Shown: piece after piece, positions 9,512-20,279 of the stretch
Position numbering within the stretch: position 1 is the first letter of the stretch
Layout of the letters: each line of letters begins with the position of its first letter
The notes under the pieces: generated by a model
What the model was told of the DNA's origin: nothing
The model's database searches: none
The model's input: the letters and a program-made list of their open reading frames with translations, nothing else
Made by a program: the position numbers and the translations under genes
Assembly (NCBI GenBank): GCA_012862495.1
Contig: BLSG01000221.1
Span: 62,001-97,054, forward strand
DNA from: Thraustochytrium aureum
Lineage: Eukaryota
DNA length: 35,054 bases
Reading direction: 5' to 3'

Positions 9512-11386
9512 ATGACGCGGTTTCCAAACTTGACGACAAAGCGCTTCACGGCGATGACTACCGACCCTGCGTGGTACGAGGTTTGCTCCAATCTGAGACC
9601 TGCCATGAGCGGGTTCACAGAGGACACGAACGACCTGGGCACGGTTTTCGAGCTCCAGATAGACTGGCGTCTCGCGCCCGGAACACTCCTGGCGGTTCCC
9701 ACGCAGGTCGTCTACGGCGATCTCGGCGAGCGGGCGCAAAGCATGTTTGGCTATCAGGAATTTGACGCGGCGATCCAGCAGATCCGAAGCCAGACCTCCC
9801 GCACGTTTTGGTCAAAGCGAGTTGCAGAAAAAACGCTACCGGTGTCGCTGCTCCTCGCCGCTGCTGCTCCAGCTGGTCTGTATTACGTTGATGAGCAAAT
9901 GTGGAACTGGGTCGACAGTCTGGAGCTCTCCCAGCCCATCGTGATCGCATGTCTCGCGGGCCCTGCGCTTCTTGTAATTGTGGTCTGGCTCATGTGCGCC
10001 CTCTTTCTAGATGAGAGAACTCTCGTGGCGCGGGCAGCTTTGCGAATTCAACGGCGGGTTTTGGACCCGCTCAACAAGCTCCTTGGGTCTACAGGAAAGG
10101 TCCTCACCGTGTACCCCGCGAGCGTGCCCCGATGGGAAGCTCGCGCGCCGTGGTCCTGGCCGAGGGAAACAACGGGGTTGGCGATTTTTCTTGTTCTCGG
10201 AGACGGCCAGCCCATCGACCCGCGGTACTGGCAGGGCCAGCCGCAGCTTGTGGGCCAAGAGCCGGCCCCCGAAAGCGGCGCATATGAAGGGGAGTCTGCG
10301 TTCCAGGGCCGTCTTCCAGTGCCTCAAGCAGGCGCGGGCTTGAACAACTTCCAGCCCGCTGCGTTTGGATCTGACAGCGCCCAAGCCTTCCATGGGTACG
10401 GTCCGGCCCCCGGCGCTTATCAAGCTCCACCGTCGAACGGCGTGCAAGCTCAGCTTGATCAATCGCACCAGCGGCCAGAGTACAACGAGTTCACCGCCCC
10501 TCAAGATTGGAACAACGCTGGGCAAAGGGGACGCGGCCCTGGCCGAGTTGGCATTGGTGCCGAACAAGCCAGCGCGAATCAGCCAGGTTTCCCCCCGAAT
10601 GTCTCCCCCGACAAGCGTGGCAAGCCTCCTCCGCCGCCCGTGCCGCCGCCGCAGAGCCCGATGCGCGAAATGTCGTGGGTGCGCCGCTCGCTCTCGTGGT
10701 TCCCTCAGCGCAGACGCAGGGAAGAGCTCCCCGAGCCAAAGCGATTTGATGCTACACGGCCACGAAACGCTCAGCCGGCGCAGACTTACCCACTTGGTGC
10801 AGCGGGTGCAGGGCCCGCACAACGGGCGGCACATGAATTCGCCATGCAGAAGCAAGCGCCGCAACCTGGCCTCATCAGTGGCTGGCTCGCGAGCCTTCCG
10901 CGACCCAACAACCTGCTGGCCAGCCTTCCTCGAGGCAATGTATTTGCGCGCCTCCGAAAAGGGGCCGATCCCGCCGACCTCTTCCGGGTGCGGCCTGGGA
11001 CTGCACCCACGCCGGAGATCCACGTTGCGCACGCTTCTCCCAACGGGCTGCATGTTNNNNNNNNNNNNNNNNNNNNNNNNNNNNNNNNNNNNNNNNNNNN
11101 NNNNNNNNNNNNNNNNNNNNNNNNNNNNNNNNNNNNNNNNNNNNNNNNNNNNNNNNNNNNNNNNNNNNNNNNNNNNNNNNNNNNNNNNNNNNNNNNNNNN
11201 NNNNNNNNNNNNNNNGCATGTTGTCCCCAGTTCGCTGGATGCGGGAGGGCGCAGCACCACCACCCAATGAACGAGAAGCGCAAGAAGCACAAAAAGGGCC
11301 ACAAGCGGAACAACAGCAGCGACGATGTCCGCTCTTCGTCTGCGAGCACCGAGGCTACTTCGGAGGCCATCGATGAGCTCATCTGA
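9512..11386 (+). CDS. Uncharacterised membrane protein (two hydrophobic segments, Pro/Gln/Gly-rich tail); true stop uncertain (11270 or 11386)
   Basis: 515 open codons before the gap. Hydrophobic TLPVSLLLAAAAPAGLYYV and PIVIACLAGPALLVIVVWLMCALFL; PPPPPVPPPQSP tract. No family recognised. Confidence 0.7.
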   Translation: MTRFPNLTTKRFTAMTTDPAWYEVCSNLRPAMSGFTEDTNDLGTVFELQIDWRLAPGTLLAVPTQVVYGDLGERAQSMFGYQEFDAAIQQIRSQTSRTFWSKRVAEKTLPVSLLLAAAAPAGLYYVDEQMWNWVDSLELSQPIVIACLAGPALLVIVVWLMCALFLDERTLVARAALRIQRRVLDPLNKLLGSTGKVLTVYPASVPRWEARAPWSWPRETTGLAIFLVLGDGQPIDPRYWQGQPQLVGQEPAPESGAYEGESAFQGRLPVPQAGAGLNNFQPAAFGSDSAQAFHGYGPAPGAYQAPPSNGVQAQLDQSHQRPEYNEFTAPQDWNNAGQRGRGPGRVGIGAEQASANQPGFPPNVSPDKRGKPPPPPVPPPQSPMREMSWVRRSLSWFPQRRRREELPEPKRFDATRPRNAQPAQTYPLGAAGAGPAQRAAHEFAMQKQAPQPGLISGWLASLPRPNNLLASLPRGNVFARLRKGADPADLFRVRPGTAPTPEIHVAHASPNGLHVXXXXXXXXXXXXXXXXXXXXXXXXXXXXXXXXXXXXXXXXXXXXXXXXXXXXXACCPQFAGCGRAQHHHPMNEKRKKHKKGHKRNNSSDDVRSSSASTEATSEAIDELI

Positions 11387-11478
11387 CGATATTTTTTTGC
11401 GTTCAACTTGGCCCTTTGACCCAGCAGGCTTTGCGGCTGGCTGCTCCGCGTATTGTTATACTTCAATAAGTTGTCTAT

Positions 11479-11595
11479 GTACCCTTATCCTGGACGCAGC
11501 GGCGGAGCGGTTTGCATGTACCCCCACCAGGGCTTTGCGGCTTGCCGCTCGGCGTACCCTGATCCTGGACGCAGCGGCGGAGCGGTTTGCATGTA
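11479..11595. repeat. 42-bp direct repeat x2 (1 mismatch) separated by 33 bp
   Basis: GTACCCT(T/G)ATCCTGGACGCAGCGGCGGAGCGGTTTGCATGTA at 11479-11520 and 11554-11595. Confidence 0.9.
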
Positions 11596-11790
11596 GCGTT
11601 CGCAACGCCGACGTCGCATGGCGAACGCCAAGCACTGAAACGGCCACCTTGCGCTTGTGCAGGTTTCGCATCGGCACTTCGATCTCCTGCTGGCACAAGA
11701 AAAAAACCAATCGAGCTTCTTCTGCGTGCCGAAAGCCCGGCTTGCTGGATCTGCAACAGCACACATAAAGCTAGTGAGGCACTGTGCTCT

Positions 11791-13350
11791 CTACTCGCTG
11801 GCGGCGACTTTGCGAGCGGCAACCGCAGCGTTCACTTGATCCCAGACGACTCGAAACCCAGCATCCTCCCCCAAAAGAAAACGCGCCAAACTGGATGCTT
11901 CTTCAGCGACCCCGGCGCGCGTCTCTGGCAACGCAAGAAGCCAGATTGCCGAGCCACCTGGGAGGGGTTTAATCTCCACAACAAGGCCCTTCTGACCGCT
12001 CGCTGTCTCCACGCGCCGCTCCCAGAGCCCGCATAGACGGCCGCCGGCGAGAACAGTTGCAGGTATGAGAAGGTTCTTGGTCCACACCGCAGTGCGCTCT
12101 TTCGGACACAGCAAGGTTGACTTGTTCATGTGCCCAAGAAGAATGGGATCGAAACGGGATAGAAAGCGAACCGGCCATGCAGACAAGCCGGGCCCAGGCA
12201 CTTGCGGCGGGCCGCGCGCAAGCTTTTCCGCACAGTACAGGAGCTCCTCGCCGACGAGCGACTCGCTGGGGTCGTGCTCTTCGTTGACCGCCAGGTCGGC
12301 TCCGGTCAACGAGTTCGCACCGCGGTCTACCTTGAGAGGCAGGACGAGCCCTTGGTCCGCAAGCCGCTGCATCGCTGAGCGCGAAGGGCCGGCAGGAAGC
12401 CCACAATAGTACCGAAAGTCGCGCTCTGAAGCCGGCCCATAAGTGCGCAAGTAGCGAAGGGCAGCCCTCTCGAGGGCCTCGGCTTGCGCGCTCGGGGCCC
12501 ACTCGCGATCGCCGTGCGAGACCACCATAGCTCGACGGCTTGGCCGCAGCTCGGGTCGGCTCGCAACTCCCGCGGAACACAAGAATCCCATCAGCGAGCG
12601 CTCAAGGCGCTTTTGTGAAGCTAGCTCAGAGATTGGGATTTCCGAGCCTGGCGCTGCGGCACGGAGCCTGGCGACTGCTGACTCTGCATCTTGCACCAGC
12701 GCGTCCCACAGCCCGTCTTTACGCACCGTGTCGTGGAGCTTGTCCAGGACGTCGCTGCAAGCAGACACGACATCCGGCCAAACGTCAACGGCGTGAAGGT
12801 GCAGCGTTCCCCGGGGCCCCCAGATCCTCACGAGATTTCGCGCACCAACTAGAGCATGGCAGTCCGCCAATGCTATTCCATTTGTTCGGCTCCACAGCGA
12901 GATAAAGGCGCTTTCCGGCTCTTGCGCCTGGATTCCGACAAAGTTGCGCGCCACAGCTAAAGGGCAGTCTGGCCGCGCGCTCCGGTCCACCAGGCCCTGG
13001 TTCCTCAGCCGTTCAAAGCGGACAGCGTCCGCGGACCAAGTGGCCTCACTGCTGCAGCTTCTTCCAGCTTGGTTTCCNNNNNNNNNNNNNNNNNNNNNNN
13101 NNNNNNNNNNNNNNNNNNNNNNNNNNNNNNNNNNNNNNNNNNNNNNNNNNNNNNNNNNNNNNNNNNNNNNNNNNNNNNNNNNNNNNNNNNNNNNNNNTGT
13201 CTGCCGCTGCCTCACTCGCCGCATTTTGAGACCTACGCGTTGTGCGGCGCGCTGTCTCGTCCGCCGGCCCCAGCCCGCGCTCCTTCGCCTTGCGACCCCC
13301 GTAGCGGCGGCTGCGGCCGCCTTGGAAGCGCGGCCCTTGCCACCCGCCAT
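11791..13350 (-). CDS. alkZ: AlkZ-like (HTH_42 winged-helix) DNA glycosylase for interstrand crosslinks/bulky adducts, QxQ type, with Arg/Lys-rich N-terminal extension
   Basis: RLRNQGL, GIQAQ (QAQ at 12922-12930), SLWSR, LVRIWGPRGTLHL, RYLRTYGPASERDFRYYCGL, VRFLSRFDPILLGH, PATVLAGGRLCGLW, all in the order typical of AlkZ/YcaQ proteins. No intron in the visible sequence; 120-N gap at 13078-13197. Confidence 0.85.
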   Translation of the reverse strand: MAGGKGRASKAAAAAATGVARRRSAGWGRRTRQRAAQRVGLKMRRVRQRQTXXXXXXXXXXXXXXXXXXXXXXXXXXXXXXXXXXXXXXXXGNQAGRSCSSEATWSADAVRFERLRNQGLVDRSARPDCPLAVARNFVGIQAQEPESAFISLWSRTNGIALADCHALVGARNLVRIWGPRGTLHLHAVDVWPDVVSACSDVLDKLHDTVRKDGLWDALVQDAESAVARLRAAAPGSEIPISELASQKRLERSLMGFLCSAGVASRPELRPSRRAMVVSHGDREWAPSAQAEALERAALRYLRTYGPASERDFRYYCGLPAGPSRSAMQRLADQGLVLPLKVDRGANSLTGADLAVNEEHDPSESLVGEELLYCAEKLARGPPQVPGPGLSAWPVRFLSRFDPILLGHMNKSTLLCPKERTAVWTKNLLIPATVLAGGRLCGLWERRVETASGQKGLVVEIKPLPGGSAIWLLALPETRAGVAEEASSLARFLLGEDAGFRVVWDQVNAAVAARKVAASE

Positions 13351-13715
13351 CGCGTCGCGCGTTCGCGCCCTGGCCTCCACAGAGCCTCGGGACGCCCGCT
13401 CCAGGCCCCTGGGTACCTTTGCCGCCCGGCCACAGCCGCCACGAGTTAGAGCCAGGCAGCAGGCTCCGCCAGCGCGCTGCGGAACCGGAGGCCCGCTGCC
13501 CGCCCTTCAGCAAGCCAAGAGAGAGAGAGACCACAACACAAGAGAGCGAGCTGAAGAAGCAACCGCGACAACGAGCTGGGCCGGCCGCGACCCGCTTGTG
13601 CGCACTGTACGAGCGGTCGCCGCGCCGACAGCACCGGCCCCCGCTCCGACCGGCGTTGCGGGTCTGCTGCAGGACTCTATAGACATCTTGAAGTTCAGTT
13701 TCTTTCTTTACCGGA

Positions 13716-13881
13716 ACGAGGGAACGCGTTCCGCGTTGAGTTCGAGGGTCCCACGAGGGAACGTCGTCGTCCCAGAGGATCCCACGAGGGAACGTCGTCG
13801 TGGAAAGGATCCCACAAGAGAACGTTGCGTTGTTCCATGAGGGAACGCTGCGTTGCTCCATGAGGATCCCACGAGGGAACG
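13716..13881. repeat. Degenerate minisatellite, about 6 copies of core (GGATCCCAC)GAGGGAACG, in the alkZ/CCDC17 divergent region
   Basis: GAGGGAACG or variant near 13718, 13755, 13786, 13816, 13839 and 13873; period about 23-37 bp. Confidence 0.85.
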
Positions 13882-13960
13882 AACGCGCGTTCAGAGTCCG
13901 GCACGAGGTCCTGGTAACGGCTCGGTCGCGCGGCAGAACCGCATCGCGGGGCGCGGGGCG

Positions 13961-16900
13961 ATGGAGGGGCGGCGGCGCGGGGCGGCGCTCCGTCGAGTTT
14001 GCCGATGTGAAGCGGTACGTGGCGGGCGGCGAGGGCGAGGCGGGAAGAAGCGCTATCGGCGGGCTGAAGCTCGAGCAGCTGAAAGCGCAACTTGCCGCTG
14101 GGCGCGGCAACAGCGCGGCGGGAGGAGATGGGGACGCGCTGCTGGAGATGGTCAAGGAAAAGCGCGAGAGGGAAAAGGTGGAGGAGCTGAGGCAGGTCAA
14201 AATAAGACACCAACAGATGCGCGCGCGAAAGCACAAGGAGTCTATGGAGATTCAGAGGGTGATGCTCGAACTGGAGAAGCGGAAACAGCAGGAGCTGCAG
14301 CTCCGCCTGGAGAAGGAGCGGATCAAGCAGAGCTTGGACGGCTTTGACAAGTCGCATCTCGGCAAGTTAGAATCCGAGAAGAAGCGCGAGCTGGAAAAGC
14401 TGACCAAGGAGCGCCAGGCGCTACAAGACAAGGAGGAGGCCATTCTCGGCCAAGTCGAGGAGCTCGAGAAGAAAATCCTCGAACAAGAGCTAGCGACGCA
14501 GCAGCGGAAGCGCCAAGTTGAGAGTGCGCTTGTCCGCAAGACCGGGTCCAAGCTCGAGATGAAGAACGCGCAGCTCCTCCAGCTGGCCAAAGCGCACGGG
14601 GAGCGCTCGTCCACGCTAGTCGCGGAGCGCCAGCTGCTCGAGCAAGAGCGCCAGCAGGTGGAAGAAGCCATGGCCCGGCTGAGCCGCAGCGGCAGCGGCA
14701 CTATGGCGAGCGGCGCCGCGCTCGGCGCGCTTGGGTCCAGCTCACCGAGCGCCCGCGACGAGATCGATGCACTCATTGCAAATGTGGAAAGCACCATTGC
14801 TGAGCAGCAGGACCGCGTTGACCAGATGCGCCTCGCCCAGGAAGAAGAAAAGCGGGCGCTGGCCTCCCGCCGAGTTGCCGAGGAAAGCGAAACAAAGCGG
14901 CTCCGACCTCCAGGGCTGAACAAATCGCTTCCATTCACAGTGGAGGCAGAGTCTTTTCTGACCGAGTGGCTGGAGCAAGACCCACGGCGCAAATTGCCGC
15001 TCGCAAGCGCCAACGAGCAGCTCGACGAGATAACAAAGGATGTTTCTGCTGCAGAAGACCAAGGGGCGCAAAAAAGAGGTACCGAACTGCTTGGCAGCCA
15101 CGGCGACACACCACAAGAAGGCCTCCTTCAAGACGTTGACTATTCCGAAAACCCTGCCGGCTCAGAGCGACAGGACCTGCACGCCAAAGCGGCGACCCAA
15201 CAGGTCGCGACCAACGCGAGGGACCCTATCTCGCCTCCGAACGTGAACGGACAGCGCGGCCCTGGCCGACGACCAAGGAAGGGGCAGCGGTCACGAACGC
15301 AAATCGTCGAGCATGCAGACCCCGGTCTTGAACGCGAGATTGCAGACATGAAACGCGAGTACATGAGGGTTGGCCTCAACAACCCAGCGCTGTGGATGGA
15401 GATCCAGAACCTCGAAGCGCAGCTGTACCCGAACCACGTTGTCCAGCCAGCCCCCGTATTTGCGCCCGCGCAGCACGTTTCTTTTGGGCCGGGAGGCGCG
15501 ATAAGCCCTCTCGGGTCTGCCGGGGCCACGAGCCCGCTTCTCGACATGCATATTGCCAAGCAGGAAAGGGCCCTAAACCGGCAAGCGAACACTCTGCGGC
15601 ACATCGCAGAGCGGCAGAAGCGGGACGCGAAGAAAGCGCGCGAGCAAGCCAAAGCCTTGCTCCGTCGAAAGGGACATGACACACGGCGCAAAAAGCGCCC
15701 CCGCATGCCGCAGACCGCCAGCGACAGCGACGCGTCTGGCTCGTCGACGTCCAGCTCGTCCAGCTCGTCAGCGTCGGCGGGCTCGTCGGCTAGCAGCTCG
15801 CTCAAGCCCAAGCGCCGGGGGCGGCGATCGAAAGGCCGGCGCACCAACCGCCGGCCGCGGGAGACATCAAGCGACGAGTCTGACTCCAGGCCGCACGCAG
15901 CGCCTTCGACGGAAATGCGCCAGCTCGAGGAGCAACGACGGCTCTTCTCCCGCACCTTGGACGGTCTCGCACAGAAGCTGCGGGTCCTCGGGCCCGGCGG
16001 CGCAGGCGGCGGCTTTGCTGCGCTTGGAGGCGCCGGCGGTGGTGGCATGATTGGCAGTGGCGGAGCTGGCGGAATCGGGCGGCGCCTTTGCTGGCGCAGA
16101 GCTAGATTCCGACAAGAGCCAGTTTCTGCAAGAGCTGTCCACGCTGGAATTGATCCCAAAGGACTCGGAGCTGTACGATATGCAGATCAGGCACCTCAAA
16201 ATGATGCGTAAAATGCGCCTTGAGATCGACGAGCTCAAGCAAGAACAAACCGTGGCGAGCGTTAAAGAGGACCTCGAACGCAAGCAGCTCGCCGCGCGCA
16301 AGACTGCCGAGTTTGAGGAGCTCCGCCTTGAGCAGGAGCGGCAGCTCGAGCTTGCCCGCATGCGCAGGGCGCTTGCCAAAGAGAGCGCGGAGCTGCGGTG
16401 GAACGGGACCGGAACGAGCGCCGGCGGGCCGCGGCGCGCGTACGACCCGGCGTCGGGGTTCGTTGTCTATCTCGACTACGTCATGGGTATTCCGAAGCGC
16501 TTCAAGTTGGTGCGGCTTGTATTCTGCTTGTATGATGGGGAAACAGTCAAGACGGCCGCCAAGGCGCTGCCGAATTGTGAGACCGAAATGGAAACGCCCG
16601 CCAAGTCGACCGCCATGCTGGTGGCCCGCAGGAAGTTCCAGAAGGTCCCAGCACTCGACTCGCTCCGAATGGTGATGGAGCTGCAGGTTGTCTCGCAGGA
16701 CAGGCAGGGCTCAAACGTGTTCCAAAGTATCGGATGGACCGCGCTTGACCTCTTCCAGCCATGCGAGGGCCAAGTGCACGACGGGCCCGAGCCCGTGGCC
16801 GAGGAAGCGCTGCAACTGAATGAAGGCGCGCTCAAGCTCCACCTCAGCCGGCCGCCGTTCAAGGTCTCCGCTCTGGCGCAGGCGATCGAGCACGGCGGGC

Positions 16901-19900
16901 TCGCAGGCGAGGGTCCGGAGCAGCCCATGTCGTTCTACCTCCGCGTTGTTCACGGGGACGACACCGAGTCGGCCGCCGACTTTGTCGTAGACCCTAGCGT
17001 GACGCAGCACATGTACAAAGACGTGGCTGCGGCGGCGGCCAAGGCCGCAAGCCGTAAGAAGAAGCTGATGAAGAAGGACCGGCTCGCGCGAGCCAAGGCA
17101 AAGCAGGCCAGAAAGGAGGACGCAGAATCCAAGGGCGAAAGCAGCCACGGTGGCGCCCAAAGCGGCGGGCACAGCGTTGCTGATGAAGACCACGCACACG
17201 GCCAAGAAGCGGACGAAGACTTTCGGGACGACGCAAGTGACCTCGGCTCGATTGCAGAGTCGATCGCGTCGCGCGGATCAGCTGCGCGGTCGGTTCTCAG
17301 CACGGTTTCCAAGTCGCACAAAGGTTCGAGTGTGCGAAACCAGGCGGAGAGTGGCGGGCCGCGGCGGGGGATCTCGATTGGCATAGAACGCGTCAGCTTT
17401 GACGACGAGTCGCCTGCCAACCCAGTGCACGTGCGCGTGACCCTGATTCCCACGGCCAAGTATTACGACCGTCATGGGGATGACAGCAAAGTGCTCCTCT
17501 CGCTTCGCGGCGAGGAGAGCACAGATATCGACTATGGGGCGCAGCACGGGGACATGCACGTTTGGCAGACCATCCCGCGGGGACGTCCGACTAAACTCTG
17601 GGCAGGCCGTCTGGGCGAAAGAGAGCAGCAACAGCACCTTTTTTGACGGGTTTGGACTCGAACGTGCGTCCTGCTGGTGTTCAAGGTCTTTGAACGCAAG
17701 GCCCGGCCCGGGGGCAGTCAAGCGGCGACGAGGACGCCAGCGAGCACGACGGCGCTGGGAGCTATCGACGGTGGCGCCGACGACGCGCTCATCGGGTGGG
17801 CAGTCCGGCCTGNNNNNNNNNNNNNNNNNNNNNNNNNNNNNNNNNNNNNNNNNNNNNNNNNNNNNNNNNNNNNNNNNNNNNNNNNNNNNNNNNNNNNNNN
17901 NNNNNNNNNNNNNNNNNNNNNNNNNNNNNNNNNNNNNNNNNNNNNNNNNNNNNNNNNNNNNNNNNNNNNNNNNNNNNNNNNNNNNNNNNNNNNNNNNNNN
18001 NNNNNNNNNNNNNNNNNNNNNNNNNNNNNNNNNNNNNNNNNNNNNNNNNNNNNNNNNNNNNNNNNNNNNNNNNNNNNNNNNNNNNNNNGCATCAAGATGC
18101 AGGTCGCGCAGGTGGGCGGAAAGAGCACGGGCGCGACCTCCAAGAGCCGGCGGCACGGACAGCGCGGCGGGTCGAGCAGCGGCGGGAGCGTTTCCTCCTC
18201 GCAAGCTGGTGGGCGGCGCCTAGCGGGGCGTCGCGGGAGCGTCGCGAGCCGCATTAGCTCGATCGCGGAGGAGGACGGAGGAGGAGAGGACGACCCGGCC
18301 GTTGACGGGTCTGATCGCAGCGGGAACGAGGCAGAGCACGACGAGGAGGACCATGAACACGAGGCTTGGGTGGACGTGCATCACCCCGCGCCTGGAGCCA
18401 AGGCGCCGTTGTTCAAGCGCGGCGACGACGGGTTTGACGTGTACGTGGATGGATGCAGATTCCTCCCAGACTACGTCACAGTCTCCTCTGTCATTGTCAA
18501 GGTATTGTCGCCAACGTTCGAGCTGATTGGCGGGGAGGCCTCCGGAATCCCGAAGCTGAGCGACAGCGCCTTCTCGCCCGCGTATTCGGTGCGCGCGGAA
18601 TTCCGCGGCGAGGAAGTGGCCAACCCCGCGTGCACGGTGCTGGTGCGGGTGGACACCGTGGACAGGCACACGAAAAAGGCGTACGCGATTGGATATGCGC
18701 TGCTCAACGTGTTTTGTCTCCGCGACGAATCCGGAGCGCAGCCGGCAAAGTCGACCGTGCAAGAGTTTACGCTCAACGCAGGCGCATTCCAGCTCCCGTT
18801 ATTCCAGCAGCAGCCAGACACGAAGCTGACGTTGAGCGCCGGCCACTTGGAGGACATCGGCGCAAGGCGCGTGCCGTGCGCAACTGTTCTCGTGCGCATC
18901 GCTCCCGCAAAGAAGTCCAAGGACGGCGTCCACATTCTCAAGCTGGAGGACTTTGACGAGAGCGAGTGGATCAAGCGCGGGCTCGTGCTCCCCGCGCCAA
19001 AGTACGGCCCCGCGGGCGGCGACCGGGGAGGCGGCAAGCGGGGCCGGCTGGGCGCCTACGACACGTCGCGCAGCAAGCCTCTTCCGTGCGAGGAGCGACT
19101 CTACAAGAATCTCTTGGAGCGCGAAGACGCTTTGATTGGGGAGGTGGCGGCGCTCGCGAAGCGGCCCGACGTCCCCGAGGACGCTCACGTCGACGTCATG
19201 GAAGACGACGACCTATTGGCATGGATTGCCAAGCGGCTCGAGCGCCCGCATGGTCTCATAGGATACTCGTTCTGCGCTCAGTACAACGTCGAGTCAGGTT
19301 TCCGGGCCTGTGTGGAACGCCTTGTTGGCCTCAAGGGCAAGTCAAAGTCCGTTTTCAAGGCCATCTTTTCCTTGGGACCGCCCGGGGCCTACTACGGCGA
19401 GCCAAAGCTGACTGACGACGTGGCGTTCACCCTGACGCATGACTGGGACGCGCAAGCCAAGCACCCGGCGTTCTTGGACGAGATGCACAGCTTCAAGGAC
19501 GTCCCCTTCGACCCGAAGCTCGTGGTCATCGTGCATGTCAAGGAGATCCGCTTCAAGAGCAGCAAGGGCAAGGAGGTGGCGTTCGAAACGCGAGACCACT
19601 CTTGGGCGCTGGTGCCGGTCTTCCACACAGAAAACGGTGCCTTCGTTCACAGCGGCGTCTATCAAGCCCCGCTGCTCAAGGGCAGCCCGAGCGCGGCGGT
19701 GCTCAACGCGCTGCAAGCGAGCGAGCTGGGTCCGGCCGCGTTTCTTGCGCAAGAGCTGGCCAAGAGCTCCAAGAAGGCCCTGGTGCAGCTGCACGCGTCC
19801 CGGGGCTCTGTTGTTCTCCACATCGTCGACGCGCAGCTCGCGGACTGTGTGCCGCTTTCGCTTGAGGGCGTCGACGCCGAGCTCTTGCCTGCGAAGGAGC

Positions 19901-20055
19901 GCTCGAAGATGCGGCTTGACGTCGCCAAAGTGCGAGCGAGCGGCAAGCGAGCGCTCGCGTCGGTCTTGCCCAAGGGGATGAGCAAAGACGAAATGGAGAA
20001 GGCTCTCAACAAGCACTTTGCTGCGGAGACCGAGATACAGAACTACACATTCTGA
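13961..20055 (+). CDS. CCDC17: CCDC17-like coiled-coil/C2-like domain protein (~1,900-2,000 aa); start uncertain; apparent frameshifts near 16078, 17580 and 17655; gap 17813-18088
   Basis: Long E/K/Q coiled coil. YDPASGFVVYLDYVMG...MELQ...IGWTALDLF...LNEGALKLHL resembles the CCDC17 conserved domain. Later GFDVYVDGCRFLPD...IGYALLNVF...LNAGAFQLPL...RVPCATVLVRI. In-frame ATGs at 13860 and 14148; the ATG at 13961 would need another indel. Confidence 0.7.
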
Positions 20056-20279
20056 CTCACTTGTCGGGGGCCCAGTGGCTTTGCCCGAGCTTCAAACAGC
20101 GGCACGTTCTGCGCAAGGCACATCGTGACTGATGGGACGTTCCACGAGCAGCACGAGCAGCACGAGTGTTAAGAGAAGTAGAAGAAAACTGCCAAACTCC
20201 CTTGCACGGTCTCCGGCTTGTACATAATCAGAGCGCGGGAATCGCGCTCGCAACAGCGCCCCACTGGGAGCTCGTGGAG

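Noticed and set aside
11479..11595. CRISPR-like repeat-spacer-repeat geometry (42/33/42)
   Set aside because: Only two copies, no cas genes, eukaryotic context
17644..17646. Single in-frame TGA between same-frame ORFs (selenocysteine or readthrough)
   Set aside because: The alternative frame over 17580-17655 has better codon usage and is protein-like; compensating indels are simpler; no SECIS identified
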